DNA from: Candidatus Heimdallarchaeota archaeon
GTDB taxonomy: Archaea; Asgardarchaeota; Heimdallarchaeia; Heimdallarchaeales; Kariarchaeaceae
Direction of reading: 5' to 3'
Length of the DNA stretch: 32,000 bases
NCBI GenBank assembly: GCA_030149205.1
Contig: JASBSB010000003.1
Span: forward strand, 60,001-92,000
Shown: positions 26,686-32,000 of the stretch, piece after piece
Layout: every line of letters starts with the position of its first letter
Numbering within the stretch: position 1 is the first letter of the stretch
Notes under the pieces: generated by a model
What the model was told of the DNA's origin: nothing
Database searches by the model: none
Seen by the model: only the letters and a program-made list of their open reading frames with translations
Translations under genes and position numbers: made by a program

Positions 26686-26949
26686 TTATTTTAAGTCTTC
26701 CAAAGTTCCATCATCAGTAATGTTTTTCAAAAAGGCATACATCTCCTCTTGTATTGAAAAGGATTTTTGCATTGAAGACATTTGTGTGAATTGTAACGAA
26801 AATAGATCACCCATCAGACATTGTGTGCAAAGTTCAGGAGTCAGTTCCTGATCAGGATATCTGCAAGGAAATTTCATTACTTTGAAACCATCCTCACCTT
26901 TCTTACGAATTGGTGGTTTCCATTTGCATTCTCGTTGACTTTGTTCCAT
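26686..26949 (-). CDS. Small hypothetical protein with four Cys
   Basis: 87 aa with C8, C29, C41-x2-C44; ends 10 bp before the helicase start; candidate TATA upstream. Confidence 0.7.
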   Translation of the reverse strand: MEQSQRECKWKPPIRKKGEDGFKVMKFPCRYPDQELTPELCTQCLMGDLFSLQFTQMSSMQKSFSIQEEMYAFLKNITDDGTLEDLK

Positions 26950-26969
26950 AAGTAATAATTGTAAGGGAT

Positions 26970-26977
26970 ATTATAAA
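26970..26977 (-). promoter_or_regulatory. Candidate TATA box (TTTATAAT) for the 87 aa gene plus helicase unit
   Basis: 21-28 nt upstream of ATG 26949, preceded by AAAACCTAGA; spacing fits a leaderless mRNA. Confidence 0.4.
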
Positions 26978-27103
26978 TCTAGGTTTTAGAAATCCAATCA
27001 ATTTATGTATCCTGAAAATTGAAGCTCAAATTTATGTCTAGGTTCCCATAATTATACTAATTTACAACTATCATATCATGTTAATATCTGGTCATTGCTC
27101 TAT

Positions 27104-27985
27104 TTAAATAGAAACCAACTTTTCTAAAACTAGGATAACCCTTTCTAGCTGACTCATGAGGCGTTCTAATATAAATTCATCCTGACTAATAACACAAAGC
27201 AATGCACCTTCATAGATTAACGAAGGAAGAACTATTGCCTTTTCCTCTCCAAACTCCAGCGATTCAACCTCAATTGTTAGATTACCCAATGGGTCATTTA
27301 ATTTGGATTTACATGCATCAAGGAACTGTGTCAGATCTTCAGCAGGTTTTCGTCCACTAAATAGCACATTAATTGACCCCTTGTTTTTAACCAGAAAAAA
27401 GATCCCAGATAACCCTTTATGTGAAGTTGCTAATTTGGATAGGATCTGTCTGACTTTGATCCAAATTTTCGACTTAACATTGATCTTTGAGAGATTCATA
27501 GTATTTACTATATCTGAGGTTTTTATGTTCTCCAACAACGCACTTTCATGGATGTTTTTAATCGTATCCCAGTCAATAGCCTTTCCTTGATCCATAAACA
27601 AGGTTCTAAACACCAATCTCTTATCTGGATCTTTAGCTCTCATTTTTTCTAATGTGTCAAATCTATCCATAATTTGAGAAATCAACCAAACTCCGTCTTC
27701 TGAACTGATAGATGTATCTACATTTAAGACCACCAACTTATTAATATAAAAACTAAATGCAAATTTATGGTTCTCTAACTCAATAACCTCAATTTCCCCA
27801 CCACCTAATTGTTTAGCATACAGATGAACTGTTGCAAACATTGCACTTGTTAAATCTGGGTCTTCATGGTCATCGGTAAATTCTTCATAATGTTCTAATA
27901 TCCCCGACTCGTCAATTATATAAAACGCACGTGCATGAGGTAACAGAGTATCAAGTTTACGTGTTTTTATTTGTGGTTGACTCAT
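27104..27985 (-). CDS. Longin-like domain plus second roadblock/longin-like domain protein
   Basis: AFYIIDESG...DPDLTSAMFATVHLYAKQLGGGEIEVIELENHKFAF...LVVLNVD...LISQIMDRF matches the beta-beta-alpha-beta-beta-beta-alpha longin pattern. The C-terminal ~120 aa have an alpha-beta2-alpha-beta3-alpha order. Confidence 0.72.
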   Translation of the reverse strand: MSQPQIKTRKLDTLLPHARAFYIIDESGILEHYEEFTDDHEDPDLTSAMFATVHLYAKQLGGGEIEVIELENHKFAFSFYINKLVVLNVDTSISSEDGVWLISQIMDRFDTLEKMRAKDPDKRLVFRTLFMDQGKAIDWDTIKNIHESALLENIKTSDIVNTMNLSKINVKSKIWIKVRQILSKLATSHKGLSGIFFLVKNKGSINVLFSGRKPAEDLTQFLDACKSKLNDPLGNLTIEVESLEFGEEKAIVLPSLIYEGALLCVISQDEFILERLMSQLERVILVLEKLVSI

Positions 27986-28047
27986 ATCTAAGACAAGATA
28001 GAATAAATTTACTTGTATTAATCTTTTTTTGTTCTAATGACCAATGA

Positions 28048-28074
28048 AACCAGAAGAGAATCTTACTTCTGGTT
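28048..28074. other. Perfect 9-bp inverted repeat (AACCAGAAG-N9-CTTCTGGTT) at the stop codon of 28073..28504
   Basis: Directly visible. No U-tract follows on the minus strand, so it is not called a terminator. Confidence 0.45.
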
Positions 28075-28504
28075 AAACTGGTTGTTCGTCAGTTTTTTCT
28101 AAATTAGTAACAGGAGATTCTAAACTTTTCTCAGGCAATCTTAAAAACTCTATACCAAGAGAAAAAGATGAAAATAATTGAAGTACAAACCCGATCATTA
28201 GTTGAATATAATAGCCAAATGGAACAAAGCCTAAGAAAGTAGAACCTCCGAGCACCTTTCCAGAGAATAGAGAAACAGTGATTACTGCAATTAAGACAAT
28301 ATTAATCACACCCATTACTCTGTTAGGAATGAAGGATTCTCTTTTCAATTGTAAAGCGACAAAGTACCCACCATTTACCACCAATAGAAGTACAGTAACA
28401 GCGAGCATCCCGTAGGTAGTCATAGCATCCATCCTTGATGAAACCAAGAGAGTAAACAATACCCAAAAACTTGCAATTATATTAATTATTAACTTTCCTT
28501 GCAT
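28073..28504 (-). CDS. Hypothetical four-TM membrane protein
   Basis: Four hydrophobic segments; AGGAG upstream; starts 2 bp after the acylase stop. Confidence 0.8.
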   Translation of the reverse strand: MQGKLIINIIASFWVLFTLLVSSRMDAMTTYGMLAVTVLLLVVNGGYFVALQLKRESFIPNRVMGVINIVLIAVITVSLFSGKVLGGSTFLGFVPFGYYIQLMIGFVLQLFSSFSLGIEFLRLPEKSLESPVTNLEKTDEQPV

Positions 28505-28506
28505 AC

Positions 28507-30936
28507 TTACACTCTCCTATAAACTACACTTATTGGTTGTTGTGCTTTAACCTCATCCAAATTAAATACCCATTTTGTGTAATGGACATCTAACCAATTT
28601 CTAAATGAGTCTGCATAATGAGGGGAGAGTTGGTTTCCACTCTCTCCTGGTGGCAAAAGTCCATAAACATTACTCCATGTTGGTTCGACTTCGTAGATTG
28701 CACGCTCTGAAGGTCCATGTGTTTGACTAAAGTCAAGATTGTTGATGTCCCCACCTCGACCTCCACCTGCATTTACAGTAAAGGTTGTACCGTTAGACGG
28801 AGCAGGACCCACGTTCATGCTAATGAATGGAACACGGTTCCCAAAAACGTGCGCAAAAGTTACTTTATGTAACTGACCCCAAGCCCAGAGATCTATATTC
28901 GAAGAATACTTCTTACTCAAAAAGGAAATGGTATGATTTAGAGCCAACGCTGCTACATCAATATAAGTTTCTTTTTTACTAGTCCCATTTATATCAAACC
29001 ATGGGTTATTAGTTGGATTCTTTAAGAAAGTTGCTAGTGCTTCATGAGCCTTGTAATTTACATCTCGAGTTAAGTTATACCCAAGTTTATCGACAAAGGT
29101 ATAATGTACAAAATTAATTCTGAATGTTACAAAAATTGAAGCTGCGATTGATTTCACATACATTTTCTTATCCCATGTTTTTAAATATCCAAGTGCCTTC
29201 TGAATGAGTGGGACATTTGCATTTAATTTTGTAAAATCGTATTTCTCCAGTCCTGATAACACAGGGGTAAGTATATCATCTACCGCTAGGGAGTATATGT
29301 CTGCCTGCAACTGTTTCATTGTGGCGGGAGTCATTTTTTCGTTTGCAGAAATCTTTGCTGATAAAAATTGATTGATTCTCTCACCTCGATATTTCACCGC
29401 ATAAGTTTCAGCAATGTAGAAGAGATGCCTGGTATCAATCTCTTGGTTTGCTGTGGCGAAGAAACCTTTTGAGGGGTTTAAGACATATAATTGCTGGTCA
29501 TATGGAATTGAACCATTCCAATCAATTCCAGGAGCACTTCCGTTTTGTGGTAGAACCCCGAATCCCATGGTTCTTTTCGGAATTAATCCCGTAAATTGAT
29601 ACCCAAAATCTCCAGAAGTAGTCGCAAACACCACGTTTTGACCTGGTACTGCAAAATAGTAAAGTGCGTTATGTATATCTGCAGCGGTTTTCGCTTGATT
29701 CAGTAGAACTAAACTTCTAAATATCTGATCTCTTTGATATCCTACATTCAGTGTCCATTTTACAGCATAACCATTTCGAGTCAGATTCATCACACCAAAA
29801 TGACTAAACTTGATTTTAAGATCATAGGGATTTTGACCTTTTACAGGGATTTTCTCATCAATATAGGTGAATTTTTTCCACGTATTTCCGTTCATTAAAT
29901 AATGAGTTGAATTTTGGTTAAGTGCAAATAGATCAATTGCATCCAGTCCAGTGTTTGTAAATCCCCAAGCTATATTTTTATTATGACCCGCCACTACAAA
30001 TGGCCCACCTGGTAAAGAAAATCCTTGAACTTGGAATGATCCATCAGATACAATAAGATTAACCTGATACCATATTCCTGGAGCTGCTAATCCTAAGTGC
30101 ATGTCGTTTGAAACAATGGGGTTCCCAGATACTGTATGTGCTCCTCCTACCACCCAGTCATTTGATCCAACCCCAATTGAAGTCCGATCAAAGCTTCCAA
30201 ATAATGCTGAAAGAGGGTTATTTGGTAGAAGGGCTTTCAGCTTAGAAACATCTTGTTTTGTTAGGTTACCAACATAGTTAGATGCAGGTCTGTAGGTAAT
30301 AGGAATTATATCAAGTGATTTTGCACCACCTACTGCTTTAATCATATCTAATCTTCTTAGTTCACTTTGCAAACCTCCAAAGGCAAGGTCATATGACATA
30401 ACACCCTGAACCGCCAATGAATCTGCCACTGTCCATAGTTTTGGACCTACACCTAAAACTTGGAATTCCAGGGGAAGAGAATTCTTGTGGCTGGTTATGT
30501 AGTCATTAAGTCCTTGCACGTAAGATGCGACTAAATCAGTAACATTACTGGGTAATCTTTGTTCTGTCGCAATTGCTGCTCGTTTGATACCAAGTTTTCG
30601 TAGAAAGATATCCGCAGACAACTGACTGGGACCAATAATTCTTGAGAGTTCACCATTCGCCACGGAACGATAGAACTCAAGTTGCCATAGTCTATCTCTT
30701 GCAAATTCATATCCTTGAGCATAGACCACATCTTTTAGTGTTTTTCCAACTATGGTTGGGATCCCTAGCTTATCACGATAAACAGTTACAGAGTTGGTAA
30801 GATGAGTTGAGCTTACTTGACCAAATGTGTCATAGCTGTTATTTAACCCTAAATATATCCCCCCAGATAATATCATAATCAAGGCGAGGAACACAACCAA
30901 AGTCCACTTACTAATAACTTTGATTAGATTCGTCAT
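28507..30936 (-). CDS. Penicillin acylase family Ntn-hydrolase (S45), N-terminally anchored or secreted
   Basis: VTVYRDKLGIPTI; AQGYEFARDRLWQLE; nucleophile GVG/SNDW (Ser258); NDMHLGL..PGIWY; ATANQ; R.ERI; PPGESG..SPHY.D. Confidence 0.93.
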   Translation of the reverse strand: MTNLIKVISKWTLVVFLALIMILSGGIYLGLNNSYDTFGQVSSTHLTNSVTVYRDKLGIPTIVGKTLKDVVYAQGYEFARDRLWQLEFYRSVANGELSRIIGPSQLSADIFLRKLGIKRAAIATEQRLPSNVTDLVASYVQGLNDYITSHKNSLPLEFQVLGVGPKLWTVADSLAVQGVMSYDLAFGGLQSELRRLDMIKAVGGAKSLDIIPITYRPASNYVGNLTKQDVSKLKALLPNNPLSALFGSFDRTSIGVGSNDWVVGGAHTVSGNPIVSNDMHLGLAAPGIWYQVNLIVSDGSFQVQGFSLPGGPFVVAGHNKNIAWGFTNTGLDAIDLFALNQNSTHYLMNGNTWKKFTYIDEKIPVKGQNPYDLKIKFSHFGVMNLTRNGYAVKWTLNVGYQRDQIFRSLVLLNQAKTAADIHNALYYFAVPGQNVVFATTSGDFGYQFTGLIPKRTMGFGVLPQNGSAPGIDWNGSIPYDQQLYVLNPSKGFFATANQEIDTRHLFYIAETYAVKYRGERINQFLSAKISANEKMTPATMKQLQADIYSLAVDDILTPVLSGLEKYDFTKLNANVPLIQKALGYLKTWDKKMYVKSIAASIFVTFRINFVHYTFVDKLGYNLTRDVNYKAHEALATFLKNPTNNPWFDINGTSKKETYIDVAALALNHTISFLSKKYSSNIDLWAWGQLHKVTFAHVFGNRVPFISMNVGPAPSNGTTFTVNAGGGRGGDINNLDFSQTHGPSERAIYEVEPTWSNVYGLLPPGESGNQLSPHYADSFRNWLDVHYTKWVFNLDEVKAQQPISVVYRRV

Positions 30937-31143
30937 TGTTTAATTCTGGAAATTGAGTTTATAAAATTAATCTTAACCGAATTACGATTCTAATTGATTT
31001 TTATACGAAATTTAGGGTAAAAATTTACAGAAAATTATAGTTTTAGAAATCATTTCATTCTAGCAAAACTATTCCATTTTTTATACATTAGACCTAATTT
31101 TGATGTAAGTACATAAAGAAAGAATATCGTAAAGAACTATGAA

Positions 31144-31836
31144 ATGACTTTAGGTACTGAGGATATTATTGTCCACAGAGGTATGGGGAAGCCAGAAAAT
31201 ACCATCTCCTCCTTTGAAAAAAGTATGAGTAGGGGTTACCATTTTGTTGAACTAGATGTTCATCTCACACTCGATGAAAATTGGATTGTATTTCATGATT
31301 TTGAATACTCCAAGGGGAAAAAGATAGAAGAATCTAATACTCAAGAAGTTAAAAATTCGAAGGAGTATGAAGTACCACAGCTTACTGAGGTTTTAACAAA
31401 GTTACCAAAGTTAAGGGTAAATATCGAACTTAAAGTACCAAAAAATGATGAAAACTCATTTAATATTGGTAAAAAGTTTGGTAAATTTATAGACTCATAT
31501 TTTTCAGTTGAAAGAGGCTACATCTCATCTTTTAATTCAAAAGCCTTGAAAGGTGTGAGAGCCTCAAACCAAGAGGTGAAACTTTCATATTTGACCACAA
31601 GGCCAAAGCCAAGTGAATGGGAGTTGTTAAATCGAAAAATTGATCTCTACTCGGTAAATCCATTGTTTATTCTATTAAGAGAAAAGCATGTTATCTGGGC
31701 ACACAAAAATAATCTTGAGGTACATCCATGGGTTGTAAATCACAGAAGAATGATTCTTCGAATGATGCGCTTGGGAGTTGATAAGCTTATCACAGACAAG
31801 CCAGACCAGGTAAAATCAGTCATTGAAACTACGTAA
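31144..31836 (+). CDS. Glycerophosphodiester phosphodiesterase (GDPD/UgpQ family)
   Basis: IIVHRG; PENTISSF; VELDVHLT.D; VFHD; NIELK; WVVN; GVD.LITD.P. Confidence 0.95.
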   Translation: MTLGTEDIIVHRGMGKPENTISSFEKSMSRGYHFVELDVHLTLDENWIVFHDFEYSKGKKIEESNTQEVKNSKEYEVPQLTEVLTKLPKLRVNIELKVPKNDENSFNIGKKFGKFIDSYFSVERGYISSFNSKALKGVRASNQEVKLSYLTTRPKPSEWELLNRKIDLYSVNPLFILLREKHVIWAHKNNLEVHPWVVNHRRMILRMMRLGVDKLITDKPDQVKSVIETT

Positions 31837-32000
31837 CTGTATCTGATGTGCAGAAGTGGTTCTATAATTGATATATCAGAGAGATAGAAATTAGAAACTG
31901 TGTTTGTGGTTTGTATTAAATACAATGAAATGATCTCTGCTTCTCACAATTATTGCGTATAGGAATTATTAAACGAAAAGATACCTGTCTCATTGTATCC

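Noticed and set aside
3145-31925. Short ORFs antisense or nested within long genes (e.g. 3145+, 3889+, 6254+, 7964-, 8764+, 9551+, 10004+ to 19790+, 21258+, 21888+, 23217+, 23462+, 25435+, 27303+, 28590-, 30531-, 31740-)
   Set aside because: They fully or largely overlap well-supported genes, are Ser/Phe/Leu-rich as expected for shadow frames, and lack motifs.
1-32000. CRISPR arrays, tRNA/rRNA genes, IS elements, nucleotide tandem repeats
   Set aside because: All intergenic gaps are under about 230 bp and AT-rich, with no repeat-spacer pattern, GC-rich cloverleaf or transposase seen by eye.

Overview
AT-rich archaeal chromosomal window with almost all genes on the minus strand and no visible mobile element, CRISPR array or RNA gene. 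Gene content suggests an Asgard archaeon, possibly Heimdallarchaeia-like (inference): topoisomerase VI, Sec11-type signal peptidase, Ard1-type acetyltransferase, archaeal pilin and a longin-like protein. The main feature is a heavily modified topoisomerase VI operon (8275-20094). Top6B is 3468 aa: an apparently intact ~550 aa GHKL/H2TH/transducer core, then ~2850 aa of roughly 35-40 degenerate RadA/Rad51-N-terminal-like helix-hairpin-helix (HhH) units, an acidic loop and a Lys-rich tail. The translationally coupled Top6A carries an N-terminal ubiquitin-like domain. Other notable genes: a Sec11 peptidase with a second extracytoplasmic domain, a catalytically dead site-2-protease homolog, a TRAP-beta-like protein (partial), a HerA-like ATPase with a helical N-terminus, a bacterial-type class II CCA-adding enzyme, and a tandem longin/roadblock-like protein. 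All calls come from reading motifs by eye; no database searches were run.
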